Shown here: in pieces, positions 9,483 to 20,400 of the stretch | Numbering within the stretch: the first letter of the stretch is position 1 | How the letters are laid out: the number at the start of each line of letters is the position of its first letter | Assembly: GCA_963730185.1 (NCBI GenBank) | Contig: CAVSQW010000009.1 | Location: 288,001 to 352,000, forward strand | Length of the DNA stretch: 64,000 nucleotides | Direction of reading: 5' to 3' | Origin: an uncultured Gemmatimonadales bacterium | Lineage (GTDB): Bacteria > Gemmatimonadota > Gemmatimonadetes > Gemmatimonadales > GWC2-71-9 | Position numbers and translations under genes: made by a program | The notes under the pieces: generated by a model | Seen by the model: only the letters and a program-made list of their open reading frames with translations | The model's database searches: none | Told to the model about the DNA's origin: nothing

Positions 9483-10844
9483 TCACCGCGTGGAATCGGA
9501 GAGGGCGATCAGCCCGCGGGCCAGCATGCCTTGCCAGTTCACATACTCGTGACCGCCGTCGAACTCGGCATAGGTCACGAAGTAGCCTTGCTCCACCAGG
9601 GTGTCGTGCAACCGCCGGTTCAGGGCAAGCATGGTCAGGGAGTCTTCGGGCTCTGGCGTGTCCTCCAGTAGTCCGACCGCCAGGAAGAATCGGATCGGGA
9701 GCCGGCCCCGCTCGGCGTAGGCCCGGCGAATCCACTCTCGCGGCGAGTCCGGGCGGTCGGGGTGCCACCAGAAGGCGCCGGACATCGAAAGCACCTTCCC
9801 GAATCGTCCCGGGTAGGCCAGCGCCGCGCAGGCCGCGGCCAGACCGCCCGCGCTCGATCCGGCCAGCACGATCCGATCGGGATCGGTCGAGGTCCCGTAA
9901 CGAGCGCTCGCCCACGGCACGAGCTCGGTCGCGAGGAACTCGGCGAACGTCGGGCTGCAGTGGAGGTCGGTGTTCCGGGTCCGCCCCGGATTGCCGACGA
10001 GGAGCGCCACCGTCGGGCGGATGGCGTGGGCCGCGATCAGGTTGTCGAGGATCGTCGGGGTGGGCACCATGGAGCGATACCACGGGCCGTCGAACAGTAC
10101 CAGCAGATCGGGCGGATCGGTGGCGGTACGAGGTACCGCCGGCCGGTAGACCGTGACCGGCCGCTCGCCGCCCAGCGCCCGACTCGCGACCGTACTCTCG
10201 GCGACCACGCCGGCGGGGATCCCGGACCGGGGCCGCGACCACGGCAGCGACGGTGCCGCGGGGAGCTCGACCAGCGAATTCAGGTAGAGCGGCGGCGCCC
10301 GCCCGTCGGCCGGGTACCGGGCGGCGTTGAGCGGGTCGAGCGCGAAGGGCCTGATCCGACGGACGAAATCGTCCATGTTCGTCGGATCGATTCCCTCGAG
10401 GTCGACGTTGGCTCCGAGCAGGTAGGTGAAGCGGGCGTCCCGACCGACGACGTAGCTGGCATACCAGACGTGCGTCCCCGGGAGGCGGGTCAGCGGGTTG
10501 TCGCCGAGGTTCATCGTTGCCCGGGGACCTCGGAACAACATGACGTTCCGGGTGGAATCGGTTCCGCGATAGAGAAACGTTACCCGGGCCAAGGCCGTCT
10601 GGCCCGGGACCGGTTCCACCCACGGCGCGCCCCGCACCGCGACCTCCCGCCAGAAGGCGGCCTCGGCCCCCGGAGTGCCAGCCGCCACTCGCGCCGCAAG
10701 CTCGCGGAGCCGGGGGCTTTCCGGCGCGCGCTGCTGCGCTCCGGCCGTGCGGGCCGCCAGGGCCGCCAGGAGCCAGGCGGCTCCGGTTCGAAGCCGGATC
10801 GGGGTGCTAAAAATTGAACTCGGCACCGAGGTTCCACGCGGCAT
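9483..10844 (-). CDS. Enterochelin-esterase (Fes)-like alpha/beta hydrolase with N-terminal sugar-binding-like domain; start uncertain
   Basis: AFWREV...P.VE, VTFLYRG, DPLN, LFDG, nucleophile GSSAGG, SGAFWW, GGHE. The supplied start overlaps the upstream gene by 38 bp. Confidence 0.82.
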   Translation of the reverse strand: MPRGTSVPSSIFSTPIRLRTGAAWLLAALAARTAGAQQRAPESPRLRELAARVAAGTPGAEAAFWREVAVRGAPWVEPVPGQTALARVTFLYRGTDSTRNVMLFRGPRATMNLGDNPLTRLPGTHVWYASYVVGRDARFTYLLGANVDLEGIDPTNMDDFVRRIRPFALDPLNAARYPADGRAPPLYLNSLVELPAAPSLPWSRPRSGIPAGVVAESTVASRALGGERPVTVYRPAVPRTATDPPDLLVLFDGPWYRSMVPTPTILDNLIAAHAIRPTVALLVGNPGRTRNTDLHCSPTFAEFLATELVPWASARYGTSTDPDRIVLAGSSAGGLAAACAALAYPGRFGKVLSMSGAFWWHPDRPDSPREWIRRAYAERGRLPIRFFLAVGLLEDTPEPEDSLTMLALNRRLHDTLVEQGYFVTYAEFDGGHEYVNWQGMLARGLIALSDSTR

Positions 10845-12096
10845 ACGGCTGGAGCCCGCCCGCCCGAAGCGGCACCAGCCCGCTCGCGATGAGCAGCGGG
10901 CCGCCCTTGGTCTGGAACTTGAACCCGAACGAACCGATAACCCGATGGTCCTTCCGGTCGGCGATGTTGGTCGGGATGACGGTGCGGGGGAAGGGAGCCT
11001 GGAACTGGATCGGGCCGGGGAGCACCAGATCCGGGGTGCCCAGCTCCCATTCCGACAACACGTCGACCGCCAGGGTGGCCCAGGGGGCCATCGGATGGTC
11101 GAAGCCGATGGTGGCCAGGATGTCGTCGCTCCGGCCGGCTCCCGTGCGGAGCTGATAGCCCAGGTTCAGGTGGGGGGCGAACGACCCAAACTGGGCCGAG
11201 GCGATGGCGTTGGTGCGGAGGACCGTGTGGCCGGACCCGAGCAGATCCTCCTCGCTGCCGGTGGGCAGGCGGGCGTCTTCCATCACCGAGAGTCCGAAAC
11301 GCTCGCTCGACACCAGGCTGACCTTCAGGCGAAGGGCCAGGTCGCCCAACCCGGTCGCGGACCCATAGGTGACTGCCGTGGCCCGAAGCTCGGGGTTCTC
11401 CGGGGTGCCGCTGAAGAAGTGCACCACCTCCGGCCCGAAGGGAAAGATCTGCGCCACGCTGGTGCCCTGCAGCGAGGTCCGCACCAGGGGGACCGCCAGA
11501 CCGATGTCGACCCGGTCGCTCAGACCGTAGGTCACGAAAAACGTCGCGACGCTCAGACTCATCTGGAGATTCATCCGCACCTCGATGATGTCGTTCTCCA
11601 GGAGCGGGTCTCCCAGCACCCCGACCGGGGGACGATCCTCGTGGGCCAGGTTGAAGACCAGCTGATCGAGCGGCGTTCCCCGAATGGTCTTGAAGCTGAT
11701 GTTGGTGAGGCCCGCCCCGATCAGGAGTCGCGACCGGCCCAGGGTCTGAGCCCGCTCTCCGAAGATCGGCCCGGCCGACGTCGAGGTCCGGACCGGGAGA
11801 CCGTTCACGAACTTGAAGGTTTGGCCGCTGCTGCTGGCGGACAGCGGGATCGAGCCCGCGCTCGAGCCGATCGCCGTGGTCAGGAAGCCGAGGATGGCCG
11901 AGTTGTTGGCGATTACGTCGGGAATGAAGTGGTCGCCATGCCCGTTCGCGGCGTTGACCGAGCCGTCGAGGCAGAGGATGTGTCCGCAGTTGCCGAAGGA
12001 GAAGAGGTCCAGGATCCGGTCCCTGAGGTGCTGGGCGCGGGCCGGGACGGCCAGGACGATGAGGGCCAATCCCGCCAACAGCAGGTGACGTCGCAT
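10807..12096 (-). CDS. Putative outer-membrane beta-barrel protein (transporter-like, phenol-MetA-deg type)
   Basis: Signal peptide ARAQ; ERAQTLG, TYGLSDRVDIGLAVP, GLGDL.LRLK, LPTG.EEDLLGSG; alternating amphipathic strands; C-terminal Phe (EFNF). Confidence 0.7.
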   Translation of the reverse strand: MRRHLLLAGLALIVLAVPARAQHLRDRILDLFSFGNCGHILCLDGSVNAANGHGDHFIPDVIANNSAILGFLTTAIGSSAGSIPLSASSSGQTFKFVNGLPVRTSTSAGPIFGERAQTLGRSRLLIGAGLTNISFKTIRGTPLDQLVFNLAHEDRPPVGVLGDPLLENDIIEVRMNLQMSLSVATFFVTYGLSDRVDIGLAVPLVRTSLQGTSVAQIFPFGPEVVHFFSGTPENPELRATAVTYGSATGLGDLALRLKVSLVSSERFGLSVMEDARLPTGSEEDLLGSGHTVLRTNAIASAQFGSFAPHLNLGYQLRTGAGRSDDILATIGFDHPMAPWATLAVDVLSEWELGTPDLVLPGPIQFQAPFPRTVIPTNIADRKDHRVIGSFGFKFQTKGGPLLIASGLVPLRAGGLQPYAAWNLGAEFNF

Positions 12097-12159
12097 GAGG
12101 TCTCCGCGAGCGGGCGGGCCCCGCTCGAGTGGGTTTCGGGTCGGGTTGGGTCGGGTCGG

Positions 12160-13995
12160 TCAGTTGTCGACGTGCAGGAGGTGCCAGTCGTCGCCTCGGT
12201 GCTCGAGTCGGATCCGGAGGTGGACGGCTTCGGACGCTGGCTTCGCGCGAGGAGCGGTCACCTGGTTGGTTCCGGTGATCAGGGCCGTGGCGCTGTCGCC
12301 GGTCACGGTGACACTGCCCACCGTCCAGGTGGCGTGCAGCCGGCCACCGGACGAGAAGAACGCCTCGAGACCGTCACGCTGCTCCACGGTCAGGCCGGGA
12401 TAGGCCCGACGCACCCGGGTCAGGTCGCCACTCTCGAGGGCTTGGCGGTAGCGATCGATCGCCGCCTCGATGCCCGGCCGCGGGTCGACGGCCGCGGGTG
12501 CCTCGGCGGCCCGGGTGGCGATCGGCGCGGGTGGTGGCGCCGGCGTCGCGAGCCGGGGGACGGTCGGCTCCTCGGCCGCGATTCTGGCGATGGCCAGGCT
12601 CTCCGCGGGCGGCGTCACGGTGGCCGGCGGGGGAGGGGGTGACGGCATCGGCGCCGGGCTCGCGTCGACCCGAGCGGTCTCGGAGGCCGCCCGTCTGGCC
12701 GGCGGACTCGGGTCGGGCGTCACCGGCCGGGTCGCCGGCGCGTTGTCCGAGGTCGGCCCGGCGATCGAGGCCGCGACCGGGGCGGCCGCCGTCGCCGTGT
12801 CCGGGGCGGCTCCGGATCTCGCCGGCGCGACGGCCGGTGGGCGGAGCGCCAGGTAGAACGCCACCGCCAGCGCGCCGAATGTCAGCCCACCCAGCGCCGG
12901 GACCAGCCAGGGACGGGACCGGGCGGCCGGTGGGGCGGTCGGTGCCGGGGTCGGCCGGGTCGGCGCCCAGGCCCGGGCCGGTGCCCGGGTTATGGGGACC
13001 GGGCTCCGCGGTGTCTGGGCCCGGGCCACCAGATTGGCGACCGTCCCGGTTCGGGCCAACTCCACCAGGCGGCTTCGGGTGGAGTCGTCGAGTCCCGCGA
13101 CCGGCCCGCCGACCGCCTTGAGCGCCTCCTCCATCGATTGGTAGCGAGCCTCCGGCTCCTTTGCCAGCATCCGCATTACCGCGGCGCGCAGGGCCTCCGG
13201 GCAGTCGGGCCGGAGCGGCTCGAGCGGTGGCGGCGCGGTGTTGGCGTGCGCGAACATCATGGCCAGCGAGGTCCCGCCCCCGAAGGGGCGCTTCCCGGCG
13301 AGCATCTCGTAGGCAATGACGCCGAGGGAGTACTGATCGCTGGCCGGTCCGACGGTGCCGCCGAGGCACTGCTCCGGGCTCATGTAAGCCGGCGTTCCCA
13401 CCGCCATCCCAGTCAGGGTGAGCCCTTCGGCGTCGGCGACCTTGGCGATCCCGAAGTCGGTCACCACCACCCAGCCCTCGTCGTCGATCATGATGTTGCC
13501 GGGCTTCACGTCGCGATGGATGACGCCATTGCGGTGGGCGTAGCCAAGCGCGCTCCCGGCCTGGGCCAGCACCGCCTCCACCATCGCGACCGGAACCGAG
13601 CCCTCCTGCGTCAACACCGCGTCCAGGGTGGTGCCCTGGATCAGCTTCATCACGAAGAAGCAGAGCCCGTCGACTTCACGGACCGTGTAGACCGGAATGA
13701 TGTTGGGGTGGCTGAGCGCGGCCGCGGTCCGCGCCTCGCGCTTGAACCGCTCCGTCATCCCCTCGCCGAAGACCAGGCCCGGAGACATTACCTTGATGGC
13801 CACCTTGCGGTCGAGGGCCAGGTCGTGGGCGAGGTAAACCGATGCCATGCCGCCCCTGGCCAGCTCGCTGTGGACGTCATACTCGCCCAGGGTGGCGGCG
13901 CGGAGCCGCTCCAGGACGTCGTCGGTCCTGAGGCTGGACGGGGGTCCCAGGGGCGGCGTGGAGCCGGACCCGGGCGTCGTGCCGGGTTCGTTCAT
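12160..13995 (-). CDS. Membrane-anchored Hanks-type Ser/Thr protein kinase with Pro/Ala linker and small C-terminal extracytoplasmic (NTF2-like) domain
   Basis: ARGGMASVY, VAIKV, HRDVKPGN, DFG, GTPAYMSPE, DQYSLG; one TM segment (WLVPALGGLTFGALAVAFYL). Start placed at MNEPG. Confidence 0.92.
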   Translation of the reverse strand: MNEPGTTPGSGSTPPLGPPSSLRTDDVLERLRAATLGEYDVHSELARGGMASVYLAHDLALDRKVAIKVMSPGLVFGEGMTERFKREARTAAALSHPNIIPVYTVREVDGLCFFVMKLIQGTTLDAVLTQEGSVPVAMVEAVLAQAGSALGYAHRNGVIHRDVKPGNIMIDDEGWVVVTDFGIAKVADAEGLTLTGMAVGTPAYMSPEQCLGGTVGPASDQYSLGVIAYEMLAGKRPFGGGTSLAMMFAHANTAPPPLEPLRPDCPEALRAAVMRMLAKEPEARYQSMEEALKAVGGPVAGLDDSTRSRLVELARTGTVANLVARAQTPRSPVPITRAPARAWAPTRPTPAPTAPPAARSRPWLVPALGGLTFGALAVAFYLALRPPAVAPARSGAAPDTATAAAPVAASIAGPTSDNAPATRPVTPDPSPPARRAASETARVDASPAPMPSPPPPPATVTPPAESLAIARIAAEEPTVPRLATPAPPPAPIATRAAEAPAAVDPRPGIEAAIDRYRQALESGDLTRVRRAYPGLTVEQRDGLEAFFSSGGRLHATWTVGSVTVTGDSATALITGTNQVTAPRAKPASEAVHLRIRLEHRGDDWHLLHVDN

Positions 13996-14089
13996 CGGAG
14001 ATCCTCGCCGGGGCTCGGCCCCAGCCTGAATGGAGAAGCGCTCCCCTAAGGTCTCGTCTGTCCGGCCAGGGCGCAAGCGGACCCTTGGC

Positions 14090-14752
14090 TCATCGCTTTC
14101 GCACCAGGCTCACTCCGTCGGCCAGCGGCAAGAGGCTGAGATCCACCCGAGCGTCGTCGCGGAGCTTGAGGTTGAGCGCCCGGATGGCCCGAAGGGCCGG
14201 CGTGTCGGCGTTCGGGTCGGCCACTTCGCCCCCCCAAAGCACGTTGTCGATCAGGAGCAGGCCCCCGGGTCGAAGGAGCTTCAACGCCCGCTCGTAGTAG
14301 GCGTCGTAGCGCTCCTTGTCCGCGTCGATGAAGGCGAAGTCGAAGGTCCCCGCCTGACCCTCCGCCAGGAGCGCGTCCAGGGTCTCGACGGCCGGCGCCA
14401 GACGAAGGTCGATCTTGCCGGCCACACCGGCCCGGGCCCAATAGCGCCGCGCGATCGCGGTGAACTCCTCGCTCACGTCGCAGGCAATCAGCCGGCCATC
14501 GGGGGGAAGGGCGTCGGCCACCGCCAGGGCGCTGTACCCCGTGAACACCCCGATCTCGAGGGCGCGCCGAACCCCGAGCAGGCGGACCAGGAGGCCCATG
14601 AACTGTCCCTGCTCGGGCGCGCTCTGCATCTCGGCGTTGGGGAGCCGGGCGGTCTCGGCCCGGAGATCGCGGGCCACCTCGGATTCTCGAAGCGAAACGT
14701 CGAGGACGTACTGGTACAAGACGTCGGTCAGCGGCAGGGTCTTTCGTCCCAC
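14090..14752 (-). CDS. O-methyltransferase (caffeoyl-CoA OMT-like, metal dependent)
   Basis: LEIGVFTGYS, FDFAFIDADK, IDNVLWGG; RBS GGAGG upstream of the GTG start. Confidence 0.92.
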   Translation of the reverse strand: MGRKTLPLTDVLYQYVLDVSLRESEVARDLRAETARLPNAEMQSAPEQGQFMGLLVRLLGVRRALEIGVFTGYSALAVADALPPDGRLIACDVSEEFTAIARRYWARAGVAGKIDLRLAPAVETLDALLAEGQAGTFDFAFIDADKERYDAYYERALKLLRPGGLLLIDNVLWGGEVADPNADTPALRAIRALNLKLRDDARVDLSLLPLADGVSLVRKR

Positions 14753-14911
14753 GATCTTCCTCCGGTCGAGTCCGCAAGCTAACCGGACGGGGGTACCTGG
14801 GAGCGTCCGCCCGGAGATCGACCCGACCCTGGCCTCCGCCCGCCGGGCGTGGGAGGACTGCGACTGCCTGGCTCCCGCTGACGGCGTCGGCTAGACTCCG
14901 GGCGGCCGATC

Positions 14912-17422
14912 ATGACTTCGCCCGGCAGCGGACACGCGGCCCATCGCGGCCTCAGCACCGACGAAGCCCGTCGTCGGATCGGCGAGGTCGGGCCCAATGC
15001 CCTTCCGCACTCACCCGGCGAGCCGCTCTGGCGCCGGTGGCTGCGTCAGTTTCAGAGCCCGCTGATCTACATCCTGCTCGTGGCCCTGGCCGTCGACCTC
15101 GGCGTCTGGGCGTTCGAAGGCCGGGGCGCGGGGCCGATCGACGCGGTCGCCATCGCCCTCATCCTCCTCTTCAATGCCGGCCTCGGCGTCTGGCAGGAAC
15201 GGAAGGCCGAGGGTGCTCTGGCGCGGCTGGCCACGCTCGCGGCGCCTCGGGTCTGGACTCTCCGCGACGACCGGCTGGTCGACCTCGACGCGACCGAGCT
15301 GGTGCCGGGCGACCTGATCCGGTTGGAGTCCGGCAGCCGGGTGCCGGCCGACGCGGTGGTGCGCGAGGCGTCGAGTCTGCTGGTCGACGAGTCGATCCTC
15401 ACCGGCGAGTCGTTCCCCATCGACCGGCCGGCCGGCACCGAGGCCCAGGCCGGCACGCTGGTGGTCCGTGGCCATGGCTGGCTCGAGGTGGCTCGGACCG
15501 GGTCGGCCAGCGCCTTGGGTCGGCTGGCCGTGCTGCTCGGCGAGGTGCGGGTCGAGCCGACTCCGCTGGAGCGACGGCTGGCGGCGTTCGGTCACCGGGT
15601 GGCCCGCTGGGTGACGGGTCTGGCGGCGATCGTCGCCGCGGCCGGGCTGGCAGTGGGCGGCCTCGACCATTTCGCCACCGTGTTCCTCTTTGCCGTCGCG
15701 CTCGCGGTAGCGGTGGTGCCCGAGGGGTTGCCGGCGGTACTGACGGTGACGCTCGCTCTCGGCGTGGAGCGGATGGCCCGCCGGAAGGCCGTGGTCCGGC
15801 GCCTGAGCGCCGTCGAGGCCCTCGGCTCGGTGACCGTCATCGCTACCGACAAAACCGGGACCATCACCGAGAACCGGATGGAGGTCCAGGCGCTCGACGT
15901 GCCCGACCGGGAGGCGGCGCTCCGGGCGCTGGCGCTGGCCAACGACGCCGAGCTCGACGGTGACGCCGGCGATCCAGTCGACCTGGCGCTCCTCCGGGCC
16001 GTCCGGCGAGCTGGGCTGAATCCCGCCGCCCTCCGGACCGAAGCCCCCCGGACTTCCAGCCGCCCCTTCGACGCCGACGCCCGGTTCATGCGGGTTACGG
16101 TCCGGGAGGGTGCGCGGCTGGTGAGCTATCTCAAGGGCGCCCCCGAGTCCCTCCTCGCCCGGTCGTCGCTCGACCGGACCCGGCAGGCCGAGCTGCTCGA
16201 GGCGGGACGGAGCCACGCGGCCCGCGGCGTTCGGGTCTTGGCCCTGGCCCGGGCTGAGGGCGAGGCCGAGACCGAGCTGACCTGGCTGGGCCTGGTGCTC
16301 CTCTGGGATCCACCTCGCCCGGAGGCCGCCGATGCCATCCGCCGGGCCCGTGAGGCGGGCGTCCGGGTGGTGATGGTGACCGGTGATCATCCGGCCACGG
16401 CGGTGTCCGTCGCCGAAGCGGTCGGGATCAAGGTAGGCCGGGTAGTGACCGGCCAGGAGCTGGACCAGGTCGACCCGGCTGGGCTCGACGCCCTGGTCCG
16501 CGAGGCCGGCGTCTTTGCCCGGGTCAGCCCGGAGCACAAGCTCCGGATCGTGGAGGCGCTCCGCTCGGCCGGCGAAGTCGTGGCGATGACTGGCGACGGG
16601 GTGAACGACGCGCCGGCCCTCAAGCGGGCCGATGTCGGAGTGGCGATGGGCGAGCGGGGGAGCGACCTGGCCCGCGAGGTGGCCGACTTGGTGCTGCTCG
16701 ACGACAACATCGCCACGATCGTCGGGGCCATCGAGGAAGGGCGGAGCATCTACGAGAACGTGCAGAAGTTCATCCGCTTCCTCCTCTCCACCAACCTCTC
16801 CGAAGTCCTGGTGGTCGCTCTCGGGGCGGTTGCGGCGTTCGCGCTCGGGCTCACCGATCCCGCGGGGGCCGTGCTGCTGCCCCTGACCGCCGGCCAGCTG
16901 CTCTGGATCAACCTGATCACGGACGGCGCCCCGGCCCTCGCCCTCGGCCTGGACCGGAACCCGGGGGTCATGGGCCACCGGCCGCGCGACCCCGCCGCGC
17001 CGCTCCTCGATCGGCGCTCGCTCCGCTTCGTGGTGCTCTCCGGCTCCATCAAGGCACTGGTCGCCGGCCTGATCCTCGCCCTCGTGCCGAGGCTCCTCGG
17101 TGTCGGATTCGAAGTGGCTCGGACCGCGACCTTCTTCTTTCTGGCGGCGGGCCAGCTCCTGTTCGCCTATCCCGCCCGTCACACCGACCTCTTGCCGCCG
17201 CCCAATCCGGCCGTGCATCTGGCCGTCGGGGCCAGCTTCCTGATCCAGGTGGCCGTCCTCTGGCTGCCCTGGTTCCAGAACGCCTTCCAGACCGTTCCGC
17301 TTCCGGCCTCCGTGGTGGCCTGGGTGGCGGCCAGCGTGCTCGTCTCCTGGGGCGGCGCGGAGGCGGTGAGCTGGCTCCTCTGGCGCTCCCTCAGGGACGG
17401 ATCGGCTTGTCGTCGCTCTTGA
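14912..17422 (+). CDS. Cation-transporting P-type ATPase (P2A, Ca2+-type)
   Basis: [37 protein letters not shown]5 TNLSE and M6 NLITD ion-binding motifs. Confidence 0.93.
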   Translation: MTSPGSGHAAHRGLSTDEARRRIGEVGPNALPHSPGEPLWRRWLRQFQSPLIYILLVALAVDLGVWAFEGRGAGPIDAVAIALILLFNAGLGVWQERKAEGALARLATLAAPRVWTLRDDRLVDLDATELVPGDLIRLESGSRVPADAVVREASSLLVDESILTGESFPIDRPAGTEAQAGTLVVRGHGWLEVARTGSASALGRLAVLLGEVRVEPTPLERRLAAFGHRVARWVTGLAAIVAAAGLAVGGLDHFATVFLFAVALAVAVVPEGLPAVLTVTLALGVERMARRKAVVRRLSAVEALGSVTVIATDKTGTITENRMEVQALDVPDREAALRALALANDAELDGDAGDPVDLALLRAVRRAGLNPAALRTEAPRTSSRPFDADARFMRVTVREGARLVSYLKGAPESLLARSSLDRTRQAELLEAGRSHAARGVRVLALARAEGEAETELTWLGLVLLWDPPRPEAADAIRRAREAGVRVVMVTGDHPATAVSVAEAVGIKVGRVVTGQELDQVDPAGLDALVREAGVFARVSPEHKLRIVEALRSAGEVVAMTGDGVNDAPALKRADVGVAMGERGSDLAREVADLVLLDDNIATIVGAIEEGRSIYENVQKFIRFLLSTNLSEVLVVALGAVAAFALGLTDPAGAVLLPLTAGQLLWINLITDGAPALALGLDRNPGVMGHRPRDPAAPLLDRRSLRFVVLSGSIKALVAGLILALVPRLLGVGFEVARTATFFFLAAGQLLFAYPARHTDLLPPPNPAVHLAVGASFLIQVAVLWLPWFQNAFQTVPLPASVVAWVAASVLVSWGGAEAVSWLLWRSLRDGSACRRS

Positions 17423-20400
17423 GGGCGTCGGGCACCACCCAATACGGGGTCCCGTACGCTCGCTGCCGCGGCCAGACCTCGTCCAGGGTGTCGTCGTCGT
17501 AGACGACCCCGTTCTTGACGACGTACCGGATGTCCTTGGTGTTCCGGATGTTCTCCAGCGGATTGGCGTCGAGCACCATGAAATCCGCCAACTTCCCGAC
17601 CTCGAGGGTGCCGAGGTCCCGCTCCTTCCCGATGAACCGAGCGCCGTGCTTGCTGGCGATCTCGAGCGCCCCCACCGGCCCGAGGGCGCTGGCTGCCATC
17701 CAGACTTCCCAATGCGAGCCCAACCCGTTGTGCTGGCCGTGGGCGCCGATCGCTCCGTAGCCACCCGCCGCGATCAGGTCGGCCAGGCCTTGGGCGATCC
17801 ACGGGTAGCTGTAGTCCGTTTCCGGGCGGAGCATCCGTCGCCGGCTCTGGGGGATGAACTGGACCCACGGCATGAACCGGCGGGTCTTGGCGTCCTTCCA
17901 GACCTCGCTCTCCTGATACCAGTACTCCTCGTTCCAGGGCCCCGGCCCGCCGACCATGAAGGTCGGCGAGTAGGTCGCATGGGCCTTGCCCAGGAAGGTG
18001 CTCAGGTCGGAGTACACCGGGGTGTAGCTGAGCGGGTGCTCCCACCCGGTATGCCCATCCATGATCATCCCGAGGGTGTACTCGAGGTCGTTGCCCTCGG
18101 CGGTCACCTGAAGGCCCAGCTTCCGGGCGATGTCGGTCACCCATTGGCGCTGATCCCGCCGCGGCTGGAGGTACTGCTTGAGCGACACCGCCCCCCACGA
18201 CTTGAGTTTGGCGATGCCGTGCTCGGCCGTCTCGTAGTCGGTGAACTCCTCCTGACGGGAACCGTCGCCGGCATAGAGGGGGTCGCCGGTGGTGAACACC
18301 CGAGGGCCGACCAGAACGCCGGCGTCGACCATCTCACCGGTGGGGAAGAGGTTTTCCGACCACATCGACGGGTCCATCGTGGTCGTCACCCCGTAGGCCA
18401 GGAAAGCGGCGCCCTCGGTGTTGTGCTGGGGGATGATGCCCCGGTGCTCCCGATAGTCGTGCGAGTGGACGTCGATGAAGCCGGGAATGATGGTCTTGCC
18501 GCTGGCGTTGAACACCTTGGCCCCTCGGGGCACGGAGCAGCGCCCGACGCAGGTGATCCGGCTCCCGGTCACGACCAGGGTTCCGTTCACGACGCCGCCC
18601 CGCCGGCTCCCGGTCGATCCGTCTCCCGCCAGCGTCACGACCCGCGCGTTGGTGAAGGCGACCGTCCCCGGCGGAATGTCCTTGGGTACCGTCAGCTGGA
18701 TCGTCGTCGTGTCGGCCTGCTTCCGGGTCACGTCGTAGCTGAAGTACCGGTCGCCGCTGCCGAACTCCACGATCCGGTCGGTGCGCCACCGGGGAAAGAG
18801 GCCGCCCTCGGTGGAGAGCTTGGTGGCCGGAAGCTTGCCCCGCTTCCGGTCCAAGCGAACCGGGGCGCCGCCGGTGCCGGCGTACGGCAGCGGAGCGACG
18901 TAGACGTTGTCGGACTCCTGGAAGGCGACCCACCGGCCGTCCGGCGAGGGAACGACCTCGTCGGCGTAGGCGAAGGTCAGGTGGACCCGGTGGTCGAGGC
19001 CGTCGGGCCGAATCGATTCGAGCGCCGACTCCACCCCGCTCTCACCGACCTGAAGGTGGGGATAGAAGATTCGTCCGTCGGGTCCCCAGGACGGGCGGAC
19101 GATCTGGTTCCGGATGTTGTTGAAGGCGCTCCCGGAGCTGCCGTCGTCGGAGGTGGTGACCCGGGTGACGTAGCGGGCGTCGCCCCCGGCGGCCGGGATC
19201 GTCACCAGGTCCCACCACGGGTTCCAGACCACGCCGCGTCCGTGCCGCGACTCGCCGGCGCCGCGGGCGAGCACCAGCTCTCGCCCGTCGGGACTCCAGG
19301 CCGGGTGGATGTACTCGCCCGGCGCCCGGGACAGCTGCTCCGGTGCCCCGCCCCCCACTCGGATCTTCCAGAGGTGCCCGCCGACCGAGTCGACCCAACT
19401 GGTGAACGCGATCCACTGCCCGTCGGGCGACCAGGCCGGCGCGTACTCGAACGGCTCGAAGCCGTCGGGTGTGAGGCGCCGCGGGGTGCCGTTCGGAAGG
19501 TCCATCACCCAGATCCGGCCGATCGCCTGGAAAGCCAGCCGCCGGCCGTCGGGCGAAGCGGTCTGCCAGCGGGCAAACCGGACGTGGAACGGATCGTCGG
19601 TGATTCGGGTCTGGGTGTTGGCCTGCTCCGAGATGATCCGGTCGACCGGCGCGGTAAACGGAATCGTCTCGACCCGCCCGCTGGCGACGTCGAGCCGCCG
19701 GAGCTTGCCGCCCTGCGAGATCACGATGGTCCGGCCGTCGTCGCTCCAGTCGTACCCGGGCAGCGGACGCAGCACCTTCCCGCCCTCGACCACGTCCTCT
19801 TCGATCGGGTCCATTGCCAGCCGCTCCGTGCCGGTCTCGAGGTCGCGAAGCCAGAGCGCGGTCCGGGGGCCGAAGCGATGGCCCTTCCAGGAGATGGTCC
19901 CGTCCGGGATCCGCCGCGCGAAGGCCAGCCAGCGCCCGTCGGGTGACACCTCCGGCGCCGCCATCCCACCGCTCGAGGTCTGGACCTGCTGCGACTGCTC
20001 GCCGAACGATACCGCCGAAACGTCGCCGGTCTGCAGGTCCATCCGCCGCACCTGGGCCGAACCGCCGAGGAAGTCCTGTCGCCCTCCATAACCGGGCTGT
20101 CCGGCGCCGGCCGCGACTTGGAAATAGAGATATCGGCCGTCGCGGGACACCGCCGGCCAGGTGGCCCCTCGCTGGGTCCGACTCGATACCAGCTCGACGC
20201 CGGTCCCGCCGTCCTTGTGGTACATCCAAATCCCGCTCTGGCCCGGGTGGCCCCCCACGGGGAGCCCTTGGCGGACCACGACGATGTACTGACCGTCCGG
20301 CGTCCAGGCCGGCATCGACACCCGCACGTTCGGATCGGTGAACACCGCCCGTGGGTTGGAGCCGTCGGCGTCCATCACCCAGAGGTTGTTCTGCCCGCCC

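Noticed and set aside
6232..9671. Very long alternative-frame ORFs (for example 6232-9366, 6456-9671, and similarly 15011-17764, 17646-19946, 36375-38789)
   Set aside because: Shadow ORFs of real genes caused by stop-codon scarcity at high GC; Arg/Gly/Pro-rich with no family motifs.
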